Virus record (IMG/VR): IMGVR_UViG_3300019487_000013
Coordinates: 1 to 41,441 of that record
DNA length: 41,441 nucleotides
Reading direction: 5' to 3' (one strand)
From: a virus
Shown here: piece by piece, positions 1 to 9,742 of the stretch
Position numbering within the stretch: the stretch's first letter is position 1
Layout of the letters: each line of letters opens with the position of its first letter
Notes under the pieces: model-generated
Told to the model about the DNA's origin: nothing
What the model saw: only the letters and a program-made list of their open reading frames with translations
Databases searched by the model: none
Position numbers and translations under genes: made by a program

Positions 1-123
1 CTGCGCACGGTTGCGGCCCAGGTGACAGACCGCACGGTCGAAGGGGTGTGCTAGGTGGGCGAACCTCACAAGGTCAGGGAAGGGCACACCGATGAGCTTG
101 AGTGGGTTCTCTCGGTGGATGGC
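1..123. repeat. Direct terminal repeat, copy 1 (identical to 41319..41441)
   Basis: Bases 1-123 recur exactly at 41319-41441, so the unique unit is 41318 bp. This indicates a circular or terminally redundant genome, or an assembly overlap. Confidence 0.95.
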
Positions 124-387
124 GGTCCGTTTGCACTTACCGGCATGACGGTTGAGCTGATCTTGCGAGACAACGAAGGCGATGACCTCGCTTACGCTGG
201 CACCTTCGAAAAGGACGCCGACCAGGTGACAAACCCCGGGCTCGTGCGCTACGCGCCGCACGAGGATGACCTTATCTCCGACCAATCACCCTACGAGGTC
301 GTCGTCCGCGTCACCGACACGGATGGGCGTGTGGCTTTCTTCCCCGAGGGCTCTGGTATCACAGAGCTCCTACTGGTGACCCGATGA
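55..387 (+). CDS. Hypothetical protein, small beta-rich (Ig-like / BppU-N-like feel)
   Basis: 110-aa ORF with a GTG start directly after the TAG of the ORF that wraps from 41181. Its pattern of alternating beta strands resembles the Ig-like domains of tail accessory proteins. No firm family assignment. Confidence 0.45.
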   Translation: MGEPHKVREGHTDELEWVLSVDGGPFALTGMTVELILRDNEGDDLAYAGTFEKDADQVTNPGLVRYAPHEDDLISDQSPYEVVVRVTDTDGRVAFFPEGSGITELLLVTR

Positions 388-428
388 GGAGGCCTCCTGG
401 GGCAGGCCGAAATTCAGGAGGTTGAGAC

Positions 429-950
429 ATGCCTGCCGGACGGCCGCCGAAGCCGACCCAGCAGAAGGTGGAGCAGGGCACGTTGCGCGAGCACCGCGAG
501 CGCGGCAAGGGTCCCGAGCCGCCCCCGATGATGACCGTCCCGCCGCCACCATCGGGCCTATCCGTGCGGGCGACCGTGGTCTGGAAGCACCACGCCGAGG
601 TCCTCGTGAAGCGGCGCTACCTCGCGGAGGACGGCGGGGACCTCCTGGCCCTCGAGGTCCTGGCCCGCGAGTATGACCGCTATATCGAGCTCCACGAGGA
701 CATCTACGCGGGCAAGGAGCCCGAGGGCGTGAGCTTGGTCGACGTCGCAGGGAAGTGCTACCGCAACCCCAAGGACATCGCCATGGACGCGGCCCTGCAC
801 AACGTCCAACGGCAGCTCGCCGAGTTCGGCCTGACGCCATCGGCCCGGGCCCGGGCCCGGAGCGCGGCCGCGCCTGTGCCCAAGCCCGAGGATCCGTTCG
901 GGGAGTTCAAGGTTCTCCCGGGCGGGAAGCGGTTCGGTGGCGCGCCGTGA
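429..950 (+). CDS. terS: Terminase small subunit (P27-family-like)
   Basis: AGGAGG at 415-420 upstream of the ATG. The N-terminal MPAGRPPKP motif and 173-aa size are typical of P27-family small terminases. The gene overlaps the start of terL. Confidence 0.75.
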   Translation: MPAGRPPKPTQQKVEQGTLREHRERGKGPEPPPMMTVPPPPSGLSVRATVVWKHHAEVLVKRRYLAEDGGDLLALEVLAREYDRYIELHEDIYAGKEPEGVSLVDVAGKCYRNPKDIAMDAALHNVQRQLAEFGLTPSARARARSAAAPVPKPEDPFGEFKVLPGGKRFGGAP

Positions 951-2712
951 CGCCACGGCCGCGCGCCTCCCCAAGCACGTCCAGGCCCGCCTCGACGAGG
1001 ACGTGGCGACCCGCTACGCCCTGGACGTCGTGCGGGGCAAGGTGCCCGCGGGGCGTCTCCATGTCGCGAGCTGCCGGCGACACCTCGAGGACCTGCGGCG
1101 AAAGGGGAGCGAATGGACCTGGAACCTGGACGCGGTGCTCCGCTTTCAGCGGTTCTGCTCACTCCTCCCCATCCCCGACAAGCCCGACCTCCGCTTTGAG
1201 CTGCAGCCCTGGCAGGTCTTCGTGGCGGGGTCGCTCCTGGGGTGGCAGGACGCGAACGGGCTCCGCCGGTTCCGCCGGGTGTACGTCGAGGTAGCGCGCA
1301 AGAACGCCAAGACCATGCTTCTCTCGGTCCTCACCCTCTATCTGGCCTTCTTCGCTGGTGAGATCCGCGCCGAGGTCTACTGCTGCGCCACCACGCTCGA
1401 CCAGGCGAAGCTCGTCTACAACTATGCGCGCGACATCGTGGACCAGAGCCCGCACCTGCGGGGGAAGGCCGGGGACGGAACGATCGTCTGCTTCGGCGGT
1501 ATCGGCCCGCGGGCGAAGCCGCGGCTCTACGATCCGCTCACGGGATCAATCCTCGAGCCCGTCGCGGCCGACTCCACGAAGCGCGACGGCTATAACCCCT
1601 CCGCGTTCGTGGCGGACGAGCTCCACGAGCACCCGGACTCACGCCTCGTGGACAAGCTGCGCACCGGCCAGGGCGCGCGCCGCGAGCCCCTCCAGATCGC
1701 CATCACCACCGCCGGCGCCGACCAGGGCTCCTACTGCTACCAGGTGCGGGGTCGTGGCGCGAAGGTCCTCGATCACCAGGTGGAGGACGAGCGCGCCTTC
1801 TTCTTCATCTGCCACCGCGATGAGAAGGACGCCTGGTGGTCGAAGCGGGCCGTGGTGAAGGCCAACCCCAACCTGGGCGTGAGCGTCCAGTACAGCTTCA
1901 TCGAGGACGAGATCCAGCGCGCGCGCACAGAGCCCCGGGAGGAGAATACGGTCCGCCGGATGTACCTCTCTGACTGGGTCACCCAGGAGACGCGCTGGAT
2001 CCCCCTCGCGCGATGGGACCAGGCCCCGCCCCTCCCGAAGCCCGCGATCCTCCGGTCGCGGCCATGCTTTGGCGGTCTCGCCCTTTCCCGCAGCCGTGAC
2101 ATGGCCGCGCTTGAGCTCCTCTTCCCCCCCGAGGGCAAGGAGACCGTCTGGTCGCTCCTCTCGTGGTTCTGGGTGCCGGAGAAGGCCGCGAAGGAGCGGG
2201 AGAAGAAGAACCTCCAGAACTACACAGCCTGGGCCAAGCAGGGCCTCCTCCATCTAACCACGGCCTTCGACGGCGAGGCCATGGACTTTGCCGCGGTCAA
2301 GGCGAAGGTGGCGGATCTCGCGAACGACTACGACATCCGCTCGATCGGCTTCGAGAAGCATGGGGCGCTGCAACTGGCCCAGGAGATCGAGCAGGAGCAG
2401 GGCGTCGAGATGGTGGCCATGCGAATCACCAACGAGCACCTGTGCGAGCCATCCGGGAAGTTCGAGGATCTCTGGAAGACGAAGAAGCTCGCGCACGGTG
2501 GGAACCCGATGCTGCGGTGGATGGCGGAGAACGCCGAGACCATCACCGACGGCGCCGGCAACTGGCGGGTGACCAGGGGGAAGAACCCCGAGAAGCGGGT
2601 CGAGGGCATCCTGGCCGCGATCTTCGCCCTCCACTGCGCGACCCTCACCGACGAGGCCCAGTCAGCGGAGTCCGCCGAGGGCCTGGTCACCATGCTGAAG
2701 GGTTGGGCGTGA
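937..2712 (+). CDS. terL: Terminase large subunit
   Basis: 591 aa with a GTG start overlapping the terS stop. It has the Terminase_1-like layout, a Walker-A-like VARKNAKT and a downstream nuclease half. It lies immediately upstream of the portal gene. Confidence 0.9.
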   Translation: MARRDATAARLPKHVQARLDEDVATRYALDVVRGKVPAGRLHVASCRRHLEDLRRKGSEWTWNLDAVLRFQRFCSLLPIPDKPDLRFELQPWQVFVAGSLLGWQDANGLRRFRRVYVEVARKNAKTMLLSVLTLYLAFFAGEIRAEVYCCATTLDQAKLVYNYARDIVDQSPHLRGKAGDGTIVCFGGIGPRAKPRLYDPLTGSILEPVAADSTKRDGYNPSAFVADELHEHPDSRLVDKLRTGQGARREPLQIAITTAGADQGSYCYQVRGRGAKVLDHQVEDERAFFFICHRDEKDAWWSKRAVVKANPNLGVSVQYSFIEDEIQRARTEPREENTVRRMYLSDWVTQETRWIPLARWDQAPPLPKPAILRSRPCFGGLALSRSRDMAALELLFPPEGKETVWSLLSWFWVPEKAAKEREKKNLQNYTAWAKQGLLHLTTAFDGEAMDFAAVKAKVADLANDYDIRSIGFEKHGALQLAQEIEQEQGVEMVAMRITNEHLCEPSGKFEDLWKTKKLAHGGNPMLRWMAENAETITDGAGNWRVTRGKNPEKRVEGILAAIFALHCATLTDEAQSAESAEGLVTMLKGWA

Positions 2713-2963
2713 TGGACGATGAAGCCCTCGAGCTGCGCTTCGAGGAGATCGAGCGGCGCCTCCGCCAGCAGGGCGAGGCCGTGCGGTCGACGTCTAATAC
2801 GCGGGGAGTCCAGATGATCCTTCTCTCTCGAGCCTTGCGTCGGGTCGTGGCCCTCGTGGGCCTGGGGGTGGGCGTGGGGATCGCGCTACATCCGGGGTGG
2901 GGGATCGCAGTCGCGGCCGCGCTCCTCGTCGCCTACGATATGCTTCCGGAGGTGGGGGGATGA
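2712..2963 (+). CDS. Small membrane protein, hypothetical
   Basis: 83 aa with ATGA overlap to the terL stop. A C-terminal hydrophobic stretch (VVALVGLGVGVGIALHPGWGIAVAAALLV) suggests 1-2 TM helices. Confidence 0.5.
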   Translation: MDDEALELRFEEIERRLRQQGEAVRSTSNTRGVQMILLSRALRRVVALVGLGVGVGIALHPGWGIAVAAALLVAYDMLPEVGG

Positions 2964-4660
2964 TGCGGGATGCGCTCATGACCGCGGGCGAGGTCATCCT
3001 TGCCGCAGCGTCTGGCTCTGAGCGGGCCGTCTGGAACCACCCGAGCTGGGGCGAGCCATGGGGCGGGGGCGGGGGGCTCTCGAAGGCGGGACCGAACGTG
3101 AACGCGGCGCGGGCCATGAACCTCTCGGTCTTCTACGCCTGCATCAAGATCCTCTCCGAGAGCGACGGCCGGATCATGCGGAATCCTTTCCGGGAGTTCG
3201 GCCCGGAGGACCGCGAGCTCGCTCGCGACCTCCCGCTCTTCCGCCTGCTCACCATCCAGCCCAATCGCTACCAGACCCCCTACTACTTCCAGCAAACGGG
3301 GATGGTGCACCGGCTCCTTGCCGGCAACTCCGTCGCGGAGCTGGTCCCGGGCCCGGGTGGCATCGCGGAGGCGGTGCCCCTGAACCCGCAGCGGCTTGAG
3401 ATCCTGGACCCCGAGGCGGCCGCGACCGTGGCCTCGAGCCTGGGAGGCCTCGAGGCCCTGGGGATCGAGGGGAACGACGGGGACCCCCCGGTCTACCGAG
3501 CCTGGGATTGGCGGGGCCGGCCGCGGATCCTCACGCGAGGTGAGGTGCACCACGTTCCCATGCTGGGCTCCGACGGGCGCAAGGGCCTCTCTGTCCTCAC
3601 CGCCGCGCGCGAGGCCATCGGCGTCGGGATCGCCCAATCCGAGTTCTCTGGCGGATTCTTCGCCCGCGGCCTCACCCAGCGCGGTGTGCTGCAGCACCCG
3701 AAGCGGATCTCGCCCAAGGTGAAGGCCGAGCTGCAGAAGAACATCACGCAGCAGGGTGGGGTCTCGGGGGCCGGCGGGATCCTGATTCTCCAGGAGGACA
3801 TGAAGTTCTTCGGGATCAGCGTGAACCCCCAAGAGGCCGAGCTCCTCGATGGCCAGCGGTTCACCGTCGAGCAGATCGCGCGGTTCTTCAACATGCCGCT
3901 GGCCAAGCTCGGGGCCCAGACCGAGGGCTTTTCGTATGCGAGCGTGGAGCAGTTCATGCTCGACTACGGCGCCTCGACCATGGAGCCGTACCTGGTGGCG
4001 AGCGAGCAGGAGTGGAACCTGGCGATCCCCGGCGAGGAGATCTATGTGGAGTGCGACCGGTCGAGTATGAAGAAAGGCGACATCCGCTCAACCTGGGCCA
4101 AGCACGCCATCGCCATCAACAGCGGCGTCTACTCGCCCGCTTACGTCCGCTACCTCGAGAGCATCCCCGAGCTTGCGGCGCCGGCGCCGAAGCCGGTTGC
4201 GCTGGGGAAGGACCCCTCGAAGAAGGTGGACCTGGTCCCGGAGAAGGAGGCCAAGACCAGGGCCATGGGCTGGGACCGTTGGGAGGGCCGGCGCCTGGAG
4301 CGCGAGAAGGCCCTTGAGCGGGCCCGGCGCCTCGATGCCGACGCCTCCCGGATCAAGGGCCTGGCCGAGGCCGCCTCGAGGGCGCTCGCGCGCGAGGAGG
4401 AGGTCTTCCTCGCGAAGTGGAAGCCGGGCTACGGCGCCGACGTCGTCGAGGGCTTCTATCGCGACCTCGCCCACCAGGTGGCGCGCGACCTCGCGATGCC
4501 GGAGGGGACCGCCCTCACCTGGTGCGATAAGCGCGCCAACGAGTTGCTGCACGGGGTGGAGGGCGGGAATGGGTTCGACAAGGAGGCCTTCGCCGCCGGC
4601 GCCGCGGAGGCCCTGACCAAGCTGGCGCTCGAGGACGAGGGGGAACGCGATGTTGCATGA
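2960..4660 (+). CDS. Portal protein, HK97 family
   Basis: The ATG at 2960 overlaps the previous stop. Motifs FYACIKIL, LLAGNSVAELV, GLSVLTAAREAIG and EQIARFFNMPLAKLG match HK97-type portals. Confidence 0.9.
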   Translation: MMRDALMTAGEVILAAASGSERAVWNHPSWGEPWGGGGGLSKAGPNVNAARAMNLSVFYACIKILSESDGRIMRNPFREFGPEDRELARDLPLFRLLTIQPNRYQTPYYFQQTGMVHRLLAGNSVAELVPGPGGIAEAVPLNPQRLEILDPEAAATVASSLGGLEALGIEGNDGDPPVYRAWDWRGRPRILTRGEVHHVPMLGSDGRKGLSVLTAAREAIGVGIAQSEFSGGFFARGLTQRGVLQHPKRISPKVKAELQKNITQQGGVSGAGGILILQEDMKFFGISVNPQEAELLDGQRFTVEQIARFFNMPLAKLGAQTEGFSYASVEQFMLDYGASTMEPYLVASEQEWNLAIPGEEIYVECDRSSMKKGDIRSTWAKHAIAINSGVYSPAYVRYLESIPELAAPAPKPVALGKDPSKKVDLVPEKEAKTRAMGWDRWEGRRLEREKALERARRLDADASRIKGLAEAASRALAREEEVFLAKWKPGYGADVVEGFYRDLAHQVARDLAMPEGTALTWCDKRANELLHGVEGGNGFDKEAFAAGAAEALTKLALEDEGERDVA

Positions 4661-5801
4661 GCTGCTGGAAAGCCTGTGGGCCATGGACGAGCGCGGCCTG
4701 GCCCTCCGGAGGATGGCGCTCGAGGGCCTCGCGCCCCTGGTTCGCCTGGACGCGGGGGGCGGCCCGGGCTCGGCGGAGGTGATCGACAATCGGAGGATGG
4801 CGCTCGAGGGCCTCGCGCCCCTGGTTCGCCTGGACGCGGGGGGCGGCCCGGGCTCGGCGGTGGTGATCGACAATGAGGGGATCCTCGCCCGTCGCGAGCG
4901 CCTGCTCGGGGAGATGCTCGCCGCGGATCCCCAGCTCGGGGGGCTGCTCAGCCAGGCCGCGAGCGGCCTGAACGGCGAGCCGGACTCGAGCCCGATCCGG
5001 GTGGTCCCGATCTTCGGGATGCTCGTCCAGCACCCGAGCTGGCTCACCGCCTACGGCCTAGCCACGAGCTGCGATCAGGTGCAGATGGCCTGCCGGCGCA
5101 TGGTGGCGGATCCCCAGGTCCAGGCCATCGTGCTCCGGATCTACTCCCCGGGGGGGAACGTGCACGGGGTCAAGGTGCTCGCCGACTACCTCCTCCAGGC
5201 CCGGAAGGAAAAGCTGATCTGGGCGCACGCGGACAGCGTGGCGAACAGCGGCGCCTACTGGATCGGGGCGAGCTGCGGCCGTTTCAGCGCGAGCCCGATG
5301 GGGGAATGCGGCTCGATCGGCGCCTTCACGGTCCACCGGTCCTACGAAGAAGCCGACAAGAAGATGGGCATCAAGAACACCATCATCCGGGCCGGGAAGA
5401 TGAAGGCATCGAGCACCGAGTGGGAGGACCTCACGCCCGAGGCCCAGGCCCACATGCAAGCCCGGATCGACGCGGCTTACGCGGAGTTCGTCTCCGGGGT
5501 GGCGAAGGGGCGGAGCGTGCCGATCGAGGAAGTCCGGAGCGGCATGGGCCAGGGCGCGGCTGTGGACGTGAAGGCCGCGCTCGACATGAAGATGATCGAC
5601 GACGTGGCCAGCTTCCCCGACACCCTCACCAAGCTCGTCCGCGAGCTGCGGGCCAATGGCTCCGGCAAGGGCGGGACCGGCGCCTCGAGCTCGAGCGAGG
5701 TCATGGAGCAAGACCTGGATCTCCTGCGCTGGGCCGCCGAGTTCGGGGTACTGGACCGGATCATGACCCAGCCGTTGACAGAGGGGGGGGAGAGGTCGTA
5801 A
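4650..5801 (+). CDS. Prohead maturation protease, S49 (SppA/ClpP-like) family
   Basis: IVLRIYSPGGNV and ADSVANSGAYWIG are S49 signatures. The gene lies between the portal and capsid genes. Its N-terminus contains an 84-bp tandem duplication. Confidence 0.85.
   Translation: MLHELLESLWAMDERGLALRRMALEGLAPLVRLDAGGGPGSAEVIDNRRMALEGLAPLVRLDAGGGPGSAVVIDNEGILARRERLLGEMLAADPQLGGLLSQAASGLNGEPDSSPIRVVPIFGMLVQHPSWLTAYGLATSCDQVQMACRRMVADPQVQAIVLRIYSPGGNVHGVKVLADYLLQARKEKLIWAHADSVANSGAYWIGASCGRFSASPMGECGSIGAFTVHRSYEEADKKMGIKNTIIRAGKMKASSTEWEDLTPEAQAHMQARIDAAYAEFVSGVAKGRSVPIEEVRSGMGQGAAVDVKAALDMKMIDDVASFPDTLTKLVRELRANGSGKGGTGASSSSEVMEQDLDLLRWAAEFGVLDRIMTQPLTEGGERS
4707..4874 (+). repeat. 84-bp tandem duplication (2 units, 1 mismatch) inside the protease gene
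   Basis: Unit 4707-4790 equals unit 4791-4874 except A4777 versus T4861. It encodes RRMALEGLAPLVRLDAGGGPGSA(E/V)VIDN twice. Confidence 0.95.
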
Positions 5802-5828
5802 CGTACCACCTGCGTAACGTACCACCTG
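5797..5828 (+). repeat. 16-bp perfect tandem repeat x2 (CGTAACGTACCACCTG)
   Basis: 5797-5812 equals 5813-5828. The first unit contains the protease stop codon TAA. Confidence 0.9.
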
Positions 5829-5965
5829 TTGCGGGCATCGTAGGTCCGCGCCACAACCGACCGTAGCCGCCAATTCAAGGCCTGGCGGGCTCCCTAGCCG
5901 GGGAGGGGCAATTTCCTCCCGGAGGGCGAGCCGTCAGGCCTTTTGCTTTGCGAGGGAGAGGGCAG

Positions 5966-7408
5966 ATGGATCCAAAGAAGCTTCGGAAGCTGCGGGAAGA
6001 CATCGCAGCCCTCGATGCGGAGGCCACCAAGATCCTCGAGATGGCAGCGGGTCGAGAGGGCGCCGAACGGAAGCTGAGCAAGGAAGAGACGGACCGGATC
6101 AAGGCGATCAAGGCCGAGCGTGCCGAGCTGGCCTCGCTCGTCACCGAGGCCGAGGCCGTGATCGCTACGGCCAAGGACGCCCTCTCGCGGGCCCTGCCCG
6201 CGGACCGCGTGGACGGCTCCCCAGCTAAGCCGCCCGCAGGCGATCAGGCCCAGGCGGCGGCCCGCGCCCTGCTGCCCGGCGTGAACCCCTTCGGCGGACT
6301 CCATGGCCACCCCGCGGAGCGGCTACGCGTCGGGGCCTTCCAGGGGATCGGGGACTTCTTCGCGGCGATGGCCAGAACCGCGATCGCGCACCAGCGCCAC
6401 CAGGGCGAGCCCGATCCTCGGATCGAGGAGATGGGCATCGCGGCCGCGGACGGGCGCACATCGGCGGAGGTTCCCTCCGACGGGTCCTCCCTCGTGGGGC
6501 TCCAGTACGCCCAGACCCTCCTGTCGCGGGCCTGGGAGATCGGCCAGATCTTCAACCGCTGCTCCTTCCAGGGCATCGGAGACGGCTACGACGGCGTGTC
6601 CCTCCCGATGGTGGACGAGAAGAGCCGGGCCGACGGCCAGCGGTACGGGGGGATCTCCGTGTACTGGCTCGCGGACGCTGTCCCGCCCACCGCCACCCAC
6701 CCCAAGATCGACGTCGACGAGCTGCGCCTGAAGGACCTGGGCGGTCTCGTCCGCGTGCCCGAGAAGCTCCTGCGGGACGCGACCGCACTCGGCAGCTACA
6801 TCATGCGGGCTCTGCCGGAGGAGCTCATCTTCCGGGTCGAGGACGCGATCATCCGGGCCAACGGCAAGGGAAAGCCGCTGGGGATCCTCGATCCGAGCTG
6901 CTCCGCCACGGTCACGATCGCGAAGGAGGTCGGCCAGACCGCGGACACGATCCTGGCCAAGAACACCGAGAAGATGTTCACGGCCTTCAAGCCCATGAAC
7001 CGGGCGAACGCGGCCTGGTTCATCAATCAGGAGGATCTGCCTCAGCTCCTGGAGATGAACGTGGAGATCGGGACGGCCGGGCAGCTCGTCTACATGCCCC
7101 CGGGCGGCCTCTCCGGGTCCCCCTACGGGACGCTCTACGGACTCCCCGTGATCCCCATCGAGCACTGCTCGAAGCTCGGGGACAGGGGGGACATCCTGGT
7201 CTCCGACTTATCGGAGTACCTGGTGATCCGCAAGCCCGGCATGGACTTCGCGAGCTCGATGTTCACCTGGTTCGACACCTTCGACATGGGCTTCCGCTGG
7301 AAGCTGGAGCTGAACGGGCAGCCCCTGCTCAAGTCGGCCATCACGCCGAAGCACGCGAACGCGGGCTTCAAGGTCTCGCCGTTCGTCACCCTAGCGGAGC
7401 GGGCGTAG
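5966..7408 (+). CDS. Major capsid protein, HK97 fold, with N-terminal coiled-coil (delta/scaffold-like) domain
   Basis: GAGGGAGAGGG lies upstream of the ATG at 5966. The first roughly 100 aa are charged coiled coil (KKLRKLREDIAALDAE...). The C-terminal part has HK97-type capsid character and ends ...GFKVSPFVTLAERA. Confidence 0.9.
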   Translation: MDPKKLRKLREDIAALDAEATKILEMAAGREGAERKLSKEETDRIKAIKAERAELASLVTEAEAVIATAKDALSRALPADRVDGSPAKPPAGDQAQAAARALLPGVNPFGGLHGHPAERLRVGAFQGIGDFFAAMARTAIAHQRHQGEPDPRIEEMGIAAADGRTSAEVPSDGSSLVGLQYAQTLLSRAWEIGQIFNRCSFQGIGDGYDGVSLPMVDEKSRADGQRYGGISVYWLADAVPPTATHPKIDVDELRLKDLGGLVRVPEKLLRDATALGSYIMRALPEELIFRVEDAIIRANGKGKPLGILDPSCSATVTIAKEVGQTADTILAKNTEKMFTAFKPMNRANAAWFINQEDLPQLLEMNVEIGTAGQLVYMPPGGLSGSPYGTLYGLPVIPIEHCSKLGDRGDILVSDLSEYLVIRKPGMDFASSMFTWFDTFDMGFRWKLELNGQPLLKSAITPKHANAGFKVSPFVTLAERA

Positions 7409-7483
7409 GGCCAAGGCTCCACCATCCAGAGAAGAGGGGAAGCAGGTCTCTAGCGAGGGCTCGAAAGACAAGAGGAGCAGGAC

Positions 7484-7954
7484 ATGGAAGAGATCCTTTC
7501 GGAGCGGGCGGCGGTTTTCACGGCGCTCGCGGCGGTGGCGGACCGCTACAACACCAACCCCTCCACGGTGGGGGTGAGGATGGGCCTCGCCGACCACGTC
7601 GCCTTTTTGCTCTCGGAGGGCGCGGGCGGGACCGGAACCGTGAAGCTCGAGGCCACGGCCGAGTCCGATGCCGGCGGGGACGCGGAGGCCATCCCCTTCC
7701 GCTACCGGACCAAGGCGCACACCACATCCGTCTTCGGCGCCCTCTCGGACAAGGTGGCCGAGTACACCACCGTCGCCGGCGCCAACAAGGACGTGATCGT
7801 CGAGGTGCAGGGCGTGGGCCTACCGGAAGGGAAGTCGATCGTCCGCCTGAAGCTCACCGAGGTGGTGAACGACCCCTGCCTGGCGGGCGTGCTGGCGCTC
7901 GCCTCGCGCCTCCGCTACGCCGGCGCCGTGCTGCCCGAGTTGCTGGTCGCGTAG
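7484..7954 (+). CDS. Hypothetical head-associated protein
   Basis: 156-aa ORF directly after the capsid gene with high third-position GC. No family recognised. Confidence 0.5.
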   Translation: MEEILSERAAVFTALAAVADRYNTNPSTVGVRMGLADHVAFLLSEGAGGTGTVKLEATAESDAGGDAEAIPFRYRTKAHTTSVFGALSDKVAEYTTVAGANKDVIVEVQGVGLPEGKSIVRLKLTEVVNDPCLAGVLALASRLRYAGAVLPELLVA

Positions 7955-8044
7955 GGCCGGGGTCGCGGTGGCCACGAGCAAGCTCACGCTGAAACGCGTC
8001 GCGGCCGGCGGCGACACGAAGCAGGGGACGGTAGTGGTGATCAG

Positions 8045-8680
8045 GTGAGCATCGCCTACGTCATCATTCCCGACCGTATCGACCAGGTCGCGGCGCCGCC
8101 CGCGAGCCCGAAGGTCGTGAGCCTCAACGCCGCGAAGTCCCACACGCGCATTACCTCCGCGAACGAGGACGCCCAGATCAACGCCTCGATCGACGCGGCC
8201 ACGAGCAGGGTGCAGGAGCGCACCGACCGGCAGCTCATCCAGGCGGCCTATCGCGCCGTGCTGCCTGCATTCCCCTGCCCCGCCGCCAAGATCGAGCTCC
8301 GACCCGCCCCACTGGCAGTCCTGGGCCCAGGCCCGGTCCTCGTGAAGGTCGCCTATCGCGACGTCGATGGCGCCGAGCAGGTCATCCTCGACACGGACGC
8401 CGACTGTCCCTTCGTGGTGGTGAAGCCGGTCGGGCCCGCCTGTGAGGCTGGGCGCATCGTCCTGAAAGACGGCCACGAGTGGCCCGAGACAGAGGTTCAC
8501 CCCGAAGCCGTGAAGATCGACTTCCAGGCCGGCTACGGCGTCGTGGCCGACGCCGTCCCTTACCGCCTCGTCCACGCGGTCAAGGCCGGGGTCGCGGAGC
8601 TCCTCAACTACCGCGAGAAGCCCGACCTCGACGCCGCGATCGACCCCTTCATCCAGGACTTCATCCTGTGGAGGGAGTAA
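8045..8680 (+). CDS. Head-tail connector protein (gp6-like)
   Basis: The N-terminal pattern SLNAAKSHTRITSANEDAQINASIDAATSRVQERTDRQLI matches the gp6-like connector signature. The position is typical for this gene. Confidence 0.65.
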   Translation: MSIAYVIIPDRIDQVAAPPASPKVVSLNAAKSHTRITSANEDAQINASIDAATSRVQERTDRQLIQAAYRAVLPAFPCPAAKIELRPAPLAVLGPGPVLVKVAYRDVDGAEQVILDTDADCPFVVVKPVGPACEAGRIVLKDGHEWPETEVHPEAVKIDFQAGYGVVADAVPYRLVHAVKAGVAELLNYREKPDLDAAIDPFIQDFILWRE

Positions 8681-8688
8681 TAGGGCCC

Positions 8689-9042
8689 GTGCGCGAGCGC
8701 GACCCCGAGGCCATCGGCTCCGGCGAGAAGGACCGCATGGTCACGATTCAGCACGCGATCGGCGAGAAGCGCGACTCCAGCGGGCGCCTACAGAAAAAGT
8801 GGGTGCCCTTCGCCACCTGGTGGGTCAAACAGGAGGCCCTCTCAGGGACGGAGAGCTTCGCGGCCATGCAGCTCGCGGCGAAGGTGAACACGCGCTTCCG
8901 CGGCGACTTCGTGGAAGGCCTCACGCCGCGGGCCACCGTCCGGATCGTGGACCAGGACGGGCGGATTTACGACGTCGTCTCCGTGCGCGAGGTGGGGCGG
9001 CATGCGGGCCACGAGGTCATGGCCTGGTCGAGGGCCGAGTGA
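8689..9042 (+). CDS. Head-tail adaptor / head closure protein (SPP1 gp16-like)
   Basis: DRMVTIQ...RDSSGR...W...ATWWVKQEALSG.E, then RIVDQDGRIYDVVSVREV, matches the Phage_H_T_join pattern. The start is uncertain: GTG at 8668 or 8689, or ATG at 8737. Confidence 0.65.
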   Translation: MRERDPEAIGSGEKDRMVTIQHAIGEKRDSSGRLQKKWVPFATWWVKQEALSGTESFAAMQLAAKVNTRFRGDFVEGLTPRATVRIVDQDGRIYDVVSVREVGRHAGHEVMAWSRAE

Positions 9043-9344
9043 CCGAGGCCATCCCCGTGCGGCTTCATCGGTTGACGTCTGGCGGCGCCCTCGGGATTCC
9101 GCCGGACGACGGCTATGTGGACTCCTTCCAGGAGGGGATTCTCATGGGCGCCCTTGTCCCGGAGGTCGGAGGCTATCCGATCCCCGAGGTCTCGATGCGC
9201 TCGGCCGAGGACGTGAAGGCGTCCTTCCGGACCGGCGCCGAGATCGACATCGTGTGCCACGAGCTCGGTCCTGACGGCAAGCCCTTCCTCGCCGGCGCCG
9301 ACGGGGTGGCCACCAAGACGATGCGCGTGCGGGTGGTGCGATGA
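9039..9344 (+). CDS. Hypothetical structural-module protein
   Basis: 101 aa with GTGA overlap to the previous stop and ATGA overlap to the next start. Confidence 0.5.
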   Translation: MTEAIPVRLHRLTSGGALGIPPDDGYVDSFQEGILMGALVPEVGGYPIPEVSMRSAEDVKASFRTGAEIDIVCHELGPDGKPFLAGADGVATKTMRVRVVR

Positions 9345-9742
9345 GCCTCAAGCTCAATCTCACCGGCTTCGAAGGCCTCGGGGCCACGCTCGACCGGATA
9401 TCGAAATCCGTGGCGGGGCAGGGCCTGGCCGCGGCCGTGAAGGAAGCCGCGGAGATTCCGCGCGCGGCCATGGCCAGGAACGCCCCCCGGAGTGACGAGG
9501 CTCCCCACCTCGCGGACAACATCGTCGTCGAGGAGGTGTACGTGAGCCGCGACAAGGCCGAGGTCGCGGTCGGGCCCACGGCCGAGTACTTCTACGGCGA
9601 GATCCTCGAGCGTGGAAACGCCGAGATCGAAGCCCAGCCCTGGGCGCGGCCGGCGGTCGACGAGACCAAGGGGGAGGCCCTTGCCCAGATCGGAGAGGCC
9701 CTCGGTGACCGCATCGAGCGCGCGGCCAAGGGGGGCGCATGA
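9341..9742 (+). CDS. Tail completion protein, HK97 gp10 family
   Basis: The pattern F.GL...L..........AA......A...AP...G.L..........V.VGP...Y....E.G......A.PW..PA is typical of HK97 gp10-like proteins. Confidence 0.7.
   Translation: MSLKLNLTGFEGLGATLDRISKSVAGQGLAAAVKEAAEIPRAAMARNAPRSDEAPHLADNIVVEEVYVSRDKAEVAVGPTAEYFYGEILERGNAEIEAQPWARPAVDETKGEALAQIGEALGDRIERAAKGGA

Noticed and set aside
387-398. The 12-bp perfect palindrome AGGAGGCCTCCT between the 55..387 ORF and terS, considered as a cos site or terminator.
   Set aside because: It has no loop and no flanking T tract or other structure. It could simply be SD-like sequence. There is not enough evidence to call a site.
7968-8048. A 26-aa ORF (GTG 7968 to TGA 8048) in the gap before the connector gene.
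   Set aside because: It is coupled by a GTGA overlap, but it is too short and featureless to support as a gene without comparative data.
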